NCBI GenBank assembly: GCA_963723995.1
Contig: CAVRSZ010000008.1
Location: 462,555 to 526,554, forward strand
DNA from: an uncultured Acidimicrobiales bacterium
Lineage (GTDB): Bacteria; Actinomycetota; Acidimicrobiia; Acidimicrobiales; SZUA-35
Length of the DNA: 64,000 nucleotides
Reading direction: 5' to 3'
Shown: positions 44,171 through 54,618 of the stretch, piece after piece
Layout: each line of letters opens with the position of its first letter
Position numbering within the stretch: position 1 is the stretch's first letter
Notes under the pieces: generated by a model
The model's database searches: none
Seen by the model: the letters and a program-made list of their open reading frames with translations, nothing else
What the model was told of the DNA's origin: nothing
Position numbers and translations under genes: made by a program

Positions 44171-44875
44171 GGGAACCACGCTGTTGATGCTGGCGTCGCC
44201 CGGGAAACCGGCCGGTTCGCTCATGATGTCTGGTAGTACCACTGCGGTCTCGGTGGTGTCGGTTTTGCCCGGGTCGATGGTCTGGGCGATGCCGATGGTC
44301 GGGATCCGGAGCTCCTCGATGGTGCCGCCGATGGCGACCCGGCTGAGGTCGGGATCCCCCCGCCACTGGTTCCGGCCCACGGTCCGTTACCGACTTCGCC
44401 CTAACACTCCGACACGAACAGGATGTCGTCGCCGAAGCCCGGGGTGGGGCTGGCCGGCGGGATCGAGTTGCCATCCTCGATCGAGAAGCACGCCACGATC
44501 GGGTCGGGCCTCCATCAGCAGCTCGTAGCCGCATTCCGGTCCGACGGGGTGCCGCTGGCCGGGTCGCTACAACCGTTGTGACGCCCTTGCGCCCAATTGG
44601 TGAAGACTCCAGTTCATCGCGTGGTTTGTTGTTCCATCCTCCCGGGAGCCGGCGGCTGCGATGCCGTCGACCGGTGGAATCGTCGGCCGGGGGATGGGCC
44701 CACTACCGTCGCATTCATGCGACTGGGAATCATACGGGGCCGAAGCAGCTGGACAGGGCCCGGCTTCACCGAGCCCCAAGACCCACGACGCCATGAGGCC
44801 ACGCCTGACCCGGACATGACCATCCTCACCGCACACCGTCGGGCATGACCGTGCCAGCCGACCAAGAAAGGCATC

Positions 44876-45502
44876 ATGAAGACATTCCTCCGCTCGGCCG
44901 CCAGCACCAATGCGGTCGTACTCGGTTTCATCCACCTGGCGGCCGCCGTGCCTGGCTTCGGCCGGGCCGCAGGACGACGGCCCTCGTTGCCGGACGCTCT
45001 CACGGCGGCACCGACCACTGTGGCTTGGACGGTCACGGTTACCGAACCGCTCCCCGATTGCCCGAGCGTCGAGGCAGCCTGGGAGAGACTCGCAAGTCAG
45101 ACGAAATGGGGTGAGTGGAGGTCCGAGAGCAAGATGAGGGGTGACGACGTCCATGTCACGGTTGTGCCCCCGGCCACGGAGCCCCTCGAGAGCGGCGACG
45201 GGTACGTGGTCACGATCGGAAGGTTCATGAAGATCCACTGCCACGTGCTCGAGTCGTCGTCTCCGGGCACCGCCACCGGCGAAGGCGGCGAGAGGGTCTT
45301 CGACGCCACCGGGATCGCTCTCGGTGGCCTGGTCAAGGCCCGCTTTCGGTTCACGGTCTTCCAGGGCGAAGCAGGCGTGGTCATGGCCAGGGCACAGGAG
45401 AAGATCATGTCGCTGTCCTTGCTCGCCCCATCCAAGGAGACCCTCGAGAACGAGCATCGGCACACCTTCAGAGATCTGAACGACAGCTTCCCCAAGGGAT
45501 GA
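44876..45502 (+). CDS. SRPBCC/START-like protein with an N-terminal signal-like segment
   Basis: 208 aa; W..L....KWGEW.. pattern and a beta-rich body. This is a weak motif-level call. Confidence 0.4.
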   Translation: MKTFLRSAASTNAVVLGFIHLAAAVPGFGRAAGRRPSLPDALTAAPTTVAWTVTVTEPLPDCPSVEAAWERLASQTKWGEWRSESKMRGDDVHVTVVPPATEPLESGDGYVVTIGRFMKIHCHVLESSSPGTATGEGGERVFDATGIALGGLVKARFRFTVFQGEAGVVMARAQEKIMSLSLLAPSKETLENEHRHTFRDLNDSFPKG

Positions 45503-45588
45503 AGCCGGATGAGGCCCGGCATGCGCCACCGGGCGATCGTGACGAGATCCTCCGAACACCTTTTGGGGAAGGTTGTGAGTCCGAACCG

Positions 45589-46698
45589 TCAGCCCAGCCC
45601 ATCGTCGAGCCGTGTCCGGGCCCAGGCGATGTAGTGGTCGTAGGCGTCATCGGAAGCGGTCCAGAATGAGGTCCCCAGCTCCTCGGCGATTCGTTGTCCC
45701 GACACCGGAGCCCGCCGCAGTCGGGGATCGGCGTCGAAGCCGATGGTGGCCAGGGCCGGTTCGTTGACCAGGGCATGATCGATGGCAGGCTCGGACTCGG
45801 TTCCCGGCTCGGTGGCATACGCGTCGGCCAGGCGTTCCAGGAACCGGCGGGCGGTGGTGGTGGTCTCGGGGCAGATGTTGTAGCAGTCGTGGCTCAGTTC
45901 GGATTTGAGGGCCAGCGCCAACAGTGCCCGGGCGGCGTCGGGCGCGTACACCCAGTTGCGGGGCCGATCGGCCACCAGGCGGATCGGGTCGCCGTCCCGG
46001 GCGGCCCGAACCATCTGCAGCATGGGGCTCATGAAATCCCGGACCCCGGTCGGGTACTCCCACGGTCCGAACACCGCCGACAATCGGGCCACCACCACAT
46101 CGAGATTGTGCAGTTCACCGTGGCGGCGGGCCAGTTGCTCGGCCGCCAGCTTGGTGATGCCGTAGTAGGTGGTGGGTGCCACCGGCGTGGTCTCGTCCAA
46201 GGGATCGGAGCCGAAGGTGGCCGGTCCGTAGACGGCCCCGCTCGACACCTGGACCAGTCGGGCGACGCCGGTGGCGGTGCAGGCGTCGAGCACCGATTGG
46301 GTTCCCCCGATGTTGACGTCGATCACCGTCCGGCCCTCGGCCCGTTCCCGTTCCGGCCCGGCTGTCACCGCTGCGGTATGGATGACCACATCGGGCCGAC
46401 GGCGAGCGACCGCCTCGGCCACGGCGTCGGGGTTCCGAACATCGATGATCTCCACCGTTGGGGACGGGCCCAGGTCGGCCAAGACGGCCCGGAACTTCTC
46501 CGGCACCGGCCGGTCGGCCAGCCCCACCACCTGGTGAGCAAGGGGGGCCAGCGCTTCGAGCAGATTGAGCCCGATGAACCCGGAGGCCCCGGTGATCAGC
46601 ACCGTGTCCGGCCGGGCCGGCTCCGATTCGGGGCTCCCGGGTTCAGAACCCTGGGGCTGAGAATTCGCAGATTCGGAGCTCACGGACTCAGAGTTCAC
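45589..46698 (-). CDS. NAD-dependent epimerase/dehydratase (extended SDR)
   Basis: VLITGASGFIGLNL Rossmann motif and YGITKLAAE catalytic YxxxK, with a low-complexity Ser/Glu N-terminus. The GTG start overlaps the upstream stop. Confidence 0.75.
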   Translation of the reverse strand: MNSESVSSESANSQPQGSEPGSPESEPARPDTVLITGASGFIGLNLLEALAPLAHQVVGLADRPVPEKFRAVLADLGPSPTVEIIDVRNPDAVAEAVARRRPDVVIHTAAVTAGPERERAEGRTVIDVNIGGTQSVLDACTATGVARLVQVSSGAVYGPATFGSDPLDETTPVAPTTYYGITKLAAEQLARRHGELHNLDVVVARLSAVFGPWEYPTGVRDFMSPMLQMVRAARDGDPIRLVADRPRNWVYAPDAARALLALALKSELSHDCYNICPETTTTARRFLERLADAYATEPGTESEPAIDHALVNEPALATIGFDADPRLRRAPVSGQRIAEELGTSFWTASDDAYDHYIAWARTRLDDGLG

Positions 46699-48757
46699 GG
46701 GCGATCCGATGGCCCTCGTAGACCGCCTCCAGAGCGGTCCGGGGAGCCAGGCTGTCCCCGATGACGGTGACGGCCGGGGCCCCACTAACGGCGGCGAGAC
46801 CGAGGAATACCGGCCTTTCGGCCACGGCAGCGGCCAGATCGCTCACCGCCATCGGGTTGCCGGCGGCGATGACGGCGTCGACCTCGAGCGACTCGACGTT
46901 GCCCGTCGACAGATCCTCGACCGTGAACACCCGATCGACGAAGGACCGGGCCGAACGCAGCGGACGGATACCGACCCGGGCTTCCCTCAACCGGGCGGTC
47001 AGCGCGGTCTTGGAATACACGGTGATCTTCCAGCCGTAACCGGCCACCGGCGTCAGGTAGGTGACCGACACCCCGAGGTCGGCCAGATACTCGACCACGC
47101 TCATCGTCGACCAGTCACCGACCAGGTCGTAGACGGCCACCCGCCGGCCCGGCGACCACGGTCGGCCGAGGGCCTCGGCCAGGGTCAGGCCAACACCACC
47201 GTCGGGGAAGGCCACCGGCTGTGGTCGAGCCCCGGTGGCCACCACCAGGTGATCGGGGGGGCCGTCGAATCGACCACCCGGTATGACGTCGGACAGGAGA
47301 TGCTCGGTGTCGACGGTGGTGTTGAGCCACACGTCCACCCCGTGCCGGTCACACGCCGCGATCTGCTGATCGACCAGGGCCAGGAAGTCGTGGCGTTTGG
47401 GCATGTGCTCCAGTAGCCGCAGTATCCCACCCAGCCGGGGTCCGGCCTCCATCAGGTCGACCCGGTGGCCTCGGGCCGCCGCCACCCATGCCGCCTCCAG
47501 CCCGGCCGGGCCCCCGCCCACCACCAGCACACGTTTCGAGGCGGCCGCCGGGTCGTCGGCCGGGTTGGGGGTCCACGTTCGTTCCCGGCCGACCGTGGGG
47601 TTGACCACACAGGTGATGGGCAGACCCTTTTCCAGGAAGCCGGCGCATCCCTGATTGCAGCCGATGCAGGTCCTCGTCTCGTGAGCTCGTCGGGATCGGG
47701 CTTTGGCCACCAGATCGGGATCGGCAACGTGGGCCCTGGCCATGCCCACCATGTCGACCTCGCCGCCGGCGAGCAATTCCTCGGCCTCGGCCACGGTGCG
47801 GAACTTGCACACGGCCATGACCGGCATGGAGTGGCCGCCGGCTCGAAGACTGCGGGCGATGGCCGGGGCCAGGTGACGGAACATGTCAGCCGGGAACGTC
47901 ATGTCGGCCATCTGGGTCGAGAGGGCGTAGCTGCCGTGGTAGGCCGAGTGGGACACGTTGACGAAGTCGAGATCGACCCGGTCGGCCAGAGCGGGAACGA
48001 TGCGCTCCATGTCGTCCAGGGTCAGACCCCGGTGGGCGTACTCGTCGGCGCTGACCCGCATCCCCAGGCAGACGTCGGGGCCGACCGCGTCGCGCACCGC
48101 GGTCAGAACCTCCACTGCGAACCGCATCCGGTTGGCCTCGCTGCCGCCGTAGCGGTCGGTTCGGGTGTTGGTGGCCGGAGACAGGAACTGCTGCAGTAGG
48201 TGGCCATGACCGACGTGGACCTCCAGCCCGTCAAAGCCGGCGGCCAACACATGCTGGGCGCTGGTGACATGGCCGGCCACCACCTCGGCGACATCGCCCT
48301 CGCTCATGGCATGGGGCGCAGCCGCCGCGGCGTCCCATGCGATTGGTGAGGGGCCCCACGGTGGCAGCCGGAGGGCGTCGCCGTCGATCTGGCGCCCGAG
48401 ATGGATGATCTGTCCGAAGATCCGGGCCCGATGGCGGTGCACCGCTTTGGCGATCCGGGTCAATGGCTCGACGCACCGGGGGTCGTAGGCGGCCAGCCCC
48501 TGGGGTTTGCCGAGGCTGGTGGCGTGGACCCGCAGCGATTCCATGATGATCAGCCCCGCCCCACCCCGGGCCCGGGCCTCGTGGTAGGCGGTGTGGCGAT
48601 CGGTGGGCAGGTTGTCGAGCCCGAAATTGGTGGTGTGGGCGGGCACGAAGATGCGGTTCCTCACGGTCACCGGGCCCAGCCCGATAGGCGTGAAGGCGAT
48701 CGACGTGCTTTCGCCCGAGGAATGACCCGTCGAATCACCCACAGAGTTGACCGTCAT
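46688..48757 (-). CDS. Old-Yellow-Enzyme family NADH:flavin oxidoreductase with Fe-S and FAD/NAD(P) domains (2,4-dienoyl-CoA-reductase-like)
   Basis: N-terminal TIM-barrel motifs (VPAHTTNF, HVGHGHLLQQFLSP), a CIGCNQGCAG cluster motif and VLVVGGGPAGLEAA. Confidence 0.8.
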   Translation of the reverse strand: MTVNSVGDSTGHSSGESTSIAFTPIGLGPVTVRNRIFVPAHTTNFGLDNLPTDRHTAYHEARARGGAGLIIMESLRVHATSLGKPQGLAAYDPRCVEPLTRIAKAVHRHRARIFGQIIHLGRQIDGDALRLPPWGPSPIAWDAAAAAPHAMSEGDVAEVVAGHVTSAQHVLAAGFDGLEVHVGHGHLLQQFLSPATNTRTDRYGGSEANRMRFAVEVLTAVRDAVGPDVCLGMRVSADEYAHRGLTLDDMERIVPALADRVDLDFVNVSHSAYHGSYALSTQMADMTFPADMFRHLAPAIARSLRAGGHSMPVMAVCKFRTVAEAEELLAGGEVDMVGMARAHVADPDLVAKARSRRAHETRTCIGCNQGCAGFLEKGLPITCVVNPTVGRERTWTPNPADDPAAASKRVLVVGGGPAGLEAAWVAAARGHRVDLMEAGPRLGGILRLLEHMPKRHDFLALVDQQIAACDRHGVDVWLNTTVDTEHLLSDVIPGGRFDGPPDHLVVATGARPQPVAFPDGGVGLTLAEALGRPWSPGRRVAVYDLVGDWSTMSVVEYLADLGVSVTYLTPVAGYGWKITVYSKTALTARLREARVGIRPLRSARSFVDRVFTVEDLSTGNVESLEVDAVIAAGNPMAVSDLAAAVAERPVFLGLAAVSGAPAVTVIGDSLAPRTALEAVYEGHRIAREL

Positions 48758-48776
48758 GGCCGACGAGTCTACGGTA

Positions 48777-48863
48777 TTGTCCACATTACGGACAAGAATC
48801 CGCACTGTGGACAGATGTGGACAAACAGTGTGGATAGACAGTGCGGATAGACAGTGCGGACAC
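48777..48863. promoter_or_regulatory. operator-like repeat array in the OYE / IclR divergent intergenic region
   Basis: Three tandem 13-bp repeats ACAGTG(T/C)GGA(T/C)A(G/C) at 48825-48863 and the inverted copy TCCGCACTGT at 48799-48808. A second inverted pair is TTGTCCACAT (48777-48786) / ATGTGGACAA. Confidence 0.6.
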
Positions 48864-48927
48864 GCACCAGGGGCCAACGCGCTGGTATCCGGTGAGGTGT
48901 CTCGACCACGAGGGGAGTTGACAAGGC

Positions 48928-49764
48928 TTGAGCAGGGCCACCGTGACCGACGACGGTCTGGTGCAGTCGGTGACCCGCGCCTTCGACCTGCTCTTCGCCA
49001 TTGCCGAGACCGATCATCCGCCGTCGGCCAGGACGCTGGCCGCCGGACTCGGACTTCCCCGCTCCACTGTGCACCGCATTCTCAACACGTTGGAGGCCTC
49101 GGGCGTCGTCAGCCGTGTCGGCCCCAGCCGGGGCTATGCCGTCACCCCCAAGTTGGTGTTGGCGGCCACCATCAACACCCAGGGGGCGTCGCTGGGGTCC
49201 ATTGCCGATCCCTATCTCCACCGGCTGGTGGCCATGAGCGAGGAGACGGCCAGCATCCACGTCCGCACCGGCGATCATCGAACCTGCGTGGCCGAGATCC
49301 AGGGTCTGCGGGGCATCCGCTGGGTCCGGGGGCCGGGCTGGAGTGCCCCGATGTGGTCGGGCGCGGTGGGCAGGGTGCTGATGGCCGGGATGACCGAGGC
49401 CGAAGTGGACGACTTGCTCGACCGGGCCGAGCTTCAGCCGCTGGCCCGCAATTCGGTGGTGAACGCCACCGACACGCGGCGTCAGGTGGCCCGGGATCGG
49501 AAGCGGGGCTGGAGCGCCAGCGAGAGCGAAACCATCGACGGGGCGGCGGCCGTTGCCGTACCCTTGGTCGATGCCGACGGCGCCACCATCGCCGCCCTCA
49601 GCCTGTATGCCCCCTCGGATCGGCTTGGCCACATGCTGTCGCTGGTCGACGAGGTGAAGATCGTGGCCCAGGAGTTGGGCCGACACTGGATCGCCATTTC
49701 GACCATTCAGACCGGGTTTGCCAGCTCGGCCTCGATGGCCAACGGCCCTCCACCGGCCAACTAG
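48928..49764 (+). CDS. IclR-family transcriptional regulator
   Basis: N-terminal wHTH (LVQSVTRAFDLLFAIAE...ARTLAAGLGLPRSTVHRILNTLE) and a C-terminal IclR effector domain pattern. Confidence 0.8.
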   Translation: MSRATVTDDGLVQSVTRAFDLLFAIAETDHPPSARTLAAGLGLPRSTVHRILNTLEASGVVSRVGPSRGYAVTPKLVLAATINTQGASLGSIADPYLHRLVAMSEETASIHVRTGDHRTCVAEIQGLRGIRWVRGPGWSAPMWSGAVGRVLMAGMTEAEVDDLLDRAELQPLARNSVVNATDTRRQVARDRKRGWSASESETIDGAAAVAVPLVDADGATIAALSLYAPSDRLGHMLSLVDEVKIVAQELGRHWIAISTIQTGFASSASMANGPPPAN

Positions 49765-49901
49765 ATGCGGCCGGACGGCGCCCGTGGCCCGGGGTTTCGG
49801 TGTTCGCCCGAAACCTCCCCGAAACGTGAGACGAGCAGAATGATCCAATCATCTACCAAAACCAGGTGGCGAACCTCGCCACGAACAAAGGAAAGAGACA
49901 C

Positions 49902-50930
49902 ATGAAACTTGGGAGAGTGAAATCAGGGAACGTGGTTCTCTGGCGACTGTTGGCCTTGCTGGCTGCCTTTGCATTGGTCGTAGCCGCCTGCGGCGACGAT
50001 GACGAAGCGGCCGACGAATCCACCGAGGACACCGCGGCCGAGACCGATGCCGGTGCCGAGGAGGAGGCGACCGACGATACCACCGCCGACGAGTCCGAGG
50101 ACATGGCCGAGTCGGACGCCGAGTCGGACACGGAAGCCGATGCCGGCGCCGACGGTGCCCCGGTCGAAGTGCCGGGCCTGGTCGAGGAGGGCAAGCTGAT
50201 CGTGGTGACCACCGGGAACTTCCCGCCGTTCACCGCCATCAACCCCGACACCGGTGAGAACGAGGGCTACACCATCGACATCGCCAAGGAGATCGCGGCC
50301 CGGACCGGGCTGGAACTCGAATTGCCCACCGTTGACTTCGTGGCCGAGCTCGAAGGCCTGTCCCAGGGCCTGTACGACATCGCCGACTCCGGTATCTGGC
50401 CCACCGCCGAGCGCCAGGAGAGCTTCGCCTTCTCCCGGCCCATGACGTCCACCGGTATCATCGCCCAGGTCAGGGCCGAGGACGCCGATTCGGCCGGCCT
50501 CGAGGATCTGACCGGGCTCACCGCCGGTGGCATCCAGGGCAGCTCCCAGGAGGCCTACATCCTGGAGAACGAGGAAGCACTGGGCTACGAAAGCTACTCC
50601 GGGTTCGCCGGTGCCGGTGAGGCGTTGACCGCCCTCAAGCAGGGTCGGGTCGACGCGCTCAGCCAGGACTCGCTGGTGGCCGCCTTTGTCGCCTCCACCG
50701 ATCCCGAGCTGGCCATCGCCGGCCCCACCGTGGCCGCCCACCCCCTGTCGCTGGCCTTCCAGCTGGAGATGGAGGACAAGCGTGACGCCATCGACGTTGT
50801 GTTGAACGAGATGATCGCAGACGGAACCCTGGCCGAGATCCAGAAGACCTGGTTCGGTCAGTGCATCCCGGTTCCCGAAGACAACAACGCCGTCGAGCCG
50901 TACACCGAGCTTCCGGCCGGTGACTGCTGA
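49902..50930 (+). CDS. polar amino-acid ABC transporter substrate-binding lipoprotein
   Basis: Lipobox LVVAAC, an acidic linker, then family-3 SBP motifs (GKLIVVTTGNFPPF..., ..GIQGSSQE..). Confidence 0.75.
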   Translation: MKLGRVKSGNVVLWRLLALLAAFALVVAACGDDDEAADESTEDTAAETDAGAEEEATDDTTADESEDMAESDAESDTEADAGADGAPVEVPGLVEEGKLIVVTTGNFPPFTAINPDTGENEGYTIDIAKEIAARTGLELELPTVDFVAELEGLSQGLYDIADSGIWPTAERQESFAFSRPMTSTGIIAQVRAEDADSAGLEDLTGLTAGGIQGSSQEAYILENEEALGYESYSGFAGAGEALTALKQGRVDALSQDSLVAAFVASTDPELAIAGPTVAAHPLSLAFQLEMEDKRDAIDVVLNEMIADGTLAEIQKTWFGQCIPVPEDNNAVEPYTELPAGDC

Positions 50931-51027
50931 TCCCATCGGAACCTCGCGTCGTACCCGGCGGGCGTCTGCGGACGTCCGCCGGGCCGGGGCGAGCCGGGTC
51001 GCCTAGGGCGGCGGGAGTGCTGTATTC

Positions 51028-51675
51028 ATGAACTGGGACATCGTCTGGAGGTCACGGGCCATCTTCTGGGAGGCGCTGTGGGTCTCGATCCAACTGTTCG
51101 TCATCTCCCTGGTGCTGGCCACCATCATCGGGCTGGTTTTCGCCCTCATGCGGATGTCTCGATTCCGGGCCCTGCGGTGGCTCTCGGCCGCCTACGTGTG
51201 GGTGTTCCGTGGAATGCCGGCCCTTGTCATCCTGTTCTTCGCCTTCTTCTGGCTCGGCAACAGCCTGGGGTGGAGTCCGTTCCAGTCGGCCATCCTGGGG
51301 TTGGCCGCCTCGTCCGGCGCCTACAAGGCCGAGATCATCCGGGCCGGGCTGCTGTCGGTCGATCCCGGGCAATACGAGGCGTCGGAGGCCCTCGGTTTCA
51401 GCCGAGCCCACTACATGCGGCGGATTGTGATCCCCCAGGGCATCCGGGTCATGATCCCCAACTACGTCAGCAACTCCACGCTGTTGTTCAAGTCGACGTC
51501 GCTGGCCGCCGTCATCGGGTTGACCGAGTTGACCGGCCGTTCCCGCCAGCTGGCCAACTCCACCTTCCAGCCCATCGAGATCCTCACCGCCGCCGGGGTC
51601 ATCTATCTGGCGGTGACCTCGCTCATGACCCTGTCCCAGGGCTGGATCGAGCGCCGCTTCGCGGTCAAGGTGTAG
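51028..51675 (+). CDS. amino-acid ABC transporter permease (His/Glu/Gln/Arg/opine family)
   Basis: GAYKAEIIRAGLLSVDPGQYEASEALGFS, an EAA-loop motif. Confidence 0.8.
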   Translation: MNWDIVWRSRAIFWEALWVSIQLFVISLVLATIIGLVFALMRMSRFRALRWLSAAYVWVFRGMPALVILFFAFFWLGNSLGWSPFQSAILGLAASSGAYKAEIIRAGLLSVDPGQYEASEALGFSRAHYMRRIVIPQGIRVMIPNYVSNSTLLFKSTSLAAVIGLTELTGRSRQLANSTFQPIEILTAAGVIYLAVTSLMTLSQGWIERRFAVKV

Positions 51676-51682
51676 GCCGACC

Positions 51683-52339
51683 ATGGATTTCGCCTACATC
51701 GCCGACATTCTGCCCGACATCCTGGAGGGACTGGGGACCACAGTCTCCCTGTTCCTGTGGTCGATCGTTTTCTCCACCATCCTCGGCCTGATGCTGGCGC
51801 TGTTTCGGCTGTCGCCGGTGACGCCGTTCCGATGGTTCGCCGGGTTCTACGCCTGGCTGCTGCGGGGCGTACCCCTGCTGCTGATCATGTTCTACGTGTT
51901 CTTCGCCTTCCCCGAGCTGGGGGAGAGTCTGCTGCTCTCGCCGTACTGGGCTGCGGTGGTCTCGCTGTCGCTGTGGACGGCCAGCTATCAGGCCGAATCG
52001 ATCCGGTCCGGGATACTGTCCGTCGACCACGGCCAGTTCGAGGCGGCCGAAGCCCTGGGCATGAGCCGGGCCCACAGCATGCGCCGGATCGTATTGCCCC
52101 AAAGCGTGCGCATCATCGTGCCGCCGTTCATCGGCAACGCCATCAACACGATGAAGCAGACCTCACTGGCCACCGTCATCACCGTGCCCGAGATGACCCT
52201 GCTCACCCAGCGCATCATCAGCCGGGATTTCAAGGCGCTCGAACCACTGCTGGCCCTGGCCCTCATCTACCTTGCCCTGACCACGCTGCTCGTCTTCGCC
52301 CAGCAGGGGCTGGAGCGGGCATTCCGACTGAAGGTCTGA
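51683..52339 (+). CDS. amino-acid ABC transporter permease (second subunit)
   Basis: ASYQAESIRSGILSVDHGQFEAAEALGMS, an EAA-loop motif. Confidence 0.8.
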   Translation: MDFAYIADILPDILEGLGTTVSLFLWSIVFSTILGLMLALFRLSPVTPFRWFAGFYAWLLRGVPLLLIMFYVFFAFPELGESLLLSPYWAAVVSLSLWTASYQAESIRSGILSVDHGQFEAAEALGMSRAHSMRRIVLPQSVRIIVPPFIGNAINTMKQTSLATVITVPEMTLLTQRIISRDFKALEPLLALALIYLALTTLLVFAQQGLERAFRLKV

Positions 52340-52342
52340 TCT

Positions 52343-53302
52343 ATGGCTGCACTGGTGAACGTCAAAGGATTGCGCAAGTCGTTCGGGGATCTGGAGATCC
52401 TCAACGGCATCGACCTGGATGTCGAGGCCGGGGAGGTGGTGTCGATCATCGGGCCGTCGGGCTCGGGCAAGACCACCATCCTGCGTTGCATCAACCTGCT
52501 GGAGCGCCCTGACGGTGGCCGCATCGAAGTCGACGGGCAGGTGCTGTGCGACGACGGCCCCGGCGGCCGGATCAAATTCGCCTCCAAAGGGGAGATCCGC
52601 AAGATCCGGGAGGAGGTGGGCATGGTGTTCCAGCGCTTCAACCTTTTCCCCCACATGACGGCCCTCGAGAATGTGATCGAGGCCCCGATTGCGGTCAAGG
52701 GAATGGACAAGGCGGCGGCCAAGACCCGAGCCCTCGAGCTGCTGGACTCGGTGGGGTTGTCGCATCGGGCCGACCACTATCCGCTGCAGATGTCGGGTGG
52801 TCAGCAACAGCGGGTGGCCATCGCCCGGGCCCTGGCCATGGACCCCCGGGTCATGCTGTTCGACGAGGTGACCTCGGCCGTCGACCCCGAGCTGGCGGGC
52901 GAGATCCTGCTGGTCATGAAACACCTGGCCGAGCAGGGCATGACCATGATCGTGGTGACCCACGAAATGGGCTTCGCCGCCGACGTGTCCGATCGAGTGT
53001 TGTTCATCGACCATGGTCGAGTGGTGGAGCAGGGCGCAGCCCGACAGGTGCTGGGAGCCCCCCGGGAGGAACGAACCCGGGCCTTCCTCAAGGCCGTGCT
53101 GGAACGGGCCCCGATGGCGTCGGAGGGTGAGGACGATGACCTGGTCGATGACAGGGTGGCCGACGAGGCCACCTGGGCCGCCGATCCGGCCATGGGGTCC
53201 GATTCGTCATCGGAAGCCCTGACCATCGCCCGGCTGGAATCGGAGGTTGCCGAGCTGCGCCGGCGCCTGGGCGAAGCCGAAGGCGCCGGATCAGGGGGAT
53301 GA
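52343..53302 (+). CDS. amino-acid ABC transporter ATP-binding protein with a ~70-aa acidic/coiled C-terminal tail
   Basis: Walker [10 protein letters not shown], signature [15 protein letters not shown] and Walker [12 protein letters not shown]. Confidence 0.85.
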   Translation: MAALVNVKGLRKSFGDLEILNGIDLDVEAGEVVSIIGPSGSGKTTILRCINLLERPDGGRIEVDGQVLCDDGPGGRIKFASKGEIRKIREEVGMVFQRFNLFPHMTALENVIEAPIAVKGMDKAAAKTRALELLDSVGLSHRADHYPLQMSGGQQQRVAIARALAMDPRVMLFDEVTSAVDPELAGEILLVMKHLAEQGMTMIVVTHEMGFAADVSDRVLFIDHGRVVEQGAARQVLGAPREERTRAFLKAVLERAPMASEGEDDDLVDDRVADEATWAADPAMGSDSSSEALTIARLESEVAELRRRLGEAEGAGSGG

Positions 53303-54618
53303 CCATGACGACCACGCCCGGTCCCCGGACCATTACCCAGAAGATCATCGCCCGTGCCGCCGGTCGAGATCACGTGATGCCCGACGAGGTGTTGTGGGTC
53401 GACGTCGACCTGGCCATGATGCACGACTCCAGTGGGCCCCGACGGATCTGGCCGGCCATGAACGAACTCGGGGTCGGGGTGTGGGACGCCGACCGCATCG
53501 TTGTGGTCTGCGACCACTACGTGCCGGCCAACACCGTGGCGGCGGCCGAGATCCTGCAGACCACGCGGGATTTCGCCTCGACCTTCGGTATCGAGAAGTT
53601 CCACGAGGCCCAGGGCATTGCCCACACCTTGATGGTGGAGAAGGGCTACGCCCGACCCGGCATGCTCTATGCCGGCTCGGACTCCCACACCTGCACCGCC
53701 GGGGTCATGGGCTGTTTGGCCCTGGGCGTGGGCTCCACCGACATTCTCGGGGTGGTCACCACCGGTCGGACCTGGCTCCGGGTCCCCCACACCATCAAGG
53801 TCGAGGTGAACGGCCGGCTCCGACCCGGGGTCACGGCCAAGGACCTGATCCTGACCATCATCGGTGATCAGGGCATGGACGGCGCTCTCTATCAGGTGCT
53901 GGAGTTCACCGGACCGGGCATCGAGGCCATGAGCATCCAGGAACGCAGCGTGCTCACCAACATGTGCGCCGAGATCGGGGCCAAAACCGGGGTCGTACCG
54001 TCTGATGCCGTCACCGTCGAACATCTGGCCTCACTCGGGGTTGACGCCACCGAGGGCCCGTTCAGCGACCCCGATGCCGAGTACTCGCAGGTCTGGCGGT
54101 ATGACGCCTCGACCATCGAGCCGGTTGTGGCCCGCCCCAACCGCCACGACGATGTGGTCGCCATCGCCGGGTTGGGCGAACCCACCGTGGGCCGGGCCTA
54201 CATCGGGTCGTGCACCGGGGCCAAGTACGAGGATCTGGCCATGGCGGCCCGGGTCCTGCACGGGCGGCAGGTTGCCGACGGGGTGCTGTTGCAGGTCGCG
54301 CCCGCATCCCGGGCCGCACTGCAGCAGGCGATGGCCGACGGCACGGCCCAGACCCTGATGGAGGCCGGGGCCCACATCCTGTCCACCGGCTGTGGCGCCT
54401 GCCCCGGCATCGGGGCCGGCATCCTGGCCGCCGGCGAGGTGGCCATCTCCACCACCAACCGCAACTTCCGAGGCCGAATGGGCAGCCCCGAGTCCAGCCT
54501 GTACCTCGCCTCGCCCTATGCCGTGGCCGCCGCCGCCGTGGCCGGCCGCATCGTCGATCCCCGGGGCTATCTCGACGAACCGGCGTTGGTGTCGGCCGGT
54601 GGGGGAGGAGACCGATGA
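53299..54618 (+). CDS. aconitase-family dehydratase large subunit (LeuC / homoaconitase / dimethylmaleate-hydratase-like)
   Basis: [17 protein letters not shown] and STGCGACPG, the Fe-S cluster Cys motifs. Confidence 0.8.
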   Translation: MTMTTTPGPRTITQKIIARAAGRDHVMPDEVLWVDVDLAMMHDSSGPRRIWPAMNELGVGVWDADRIVVVCDHYVPANTVAAAEILQTTRDFASTFGIEKFHEAQGIAHTLMVEKGYARPGMLYAGSDSHTCTAGVMGCLALGVGSTDILGVVTTGRTWLRVPHTIKVEVNGRLRPGVTAKDLILTIIGDQGMDGALYQVLEFTGPGIEAMSIQERSVLTNMCAEIGAKTGVVPSDAVTVEHLASLGVDATEGPFSDPDAEYSQVWRYDASTIEPVVARPNRHDDVVAIAGLGEPTVGRAYIGSCTGAKYEDLAMAARVLHGRQVADGVLLQVAPASRAALQQAMADGTAQTLMEAGAHILSTGCGACPGIGAGILAAGEVAISTTNRNFRGRMGSPESSLYLASPYAVAAAAVAGRIVDPRGYLDEPALVSAGGGGDR

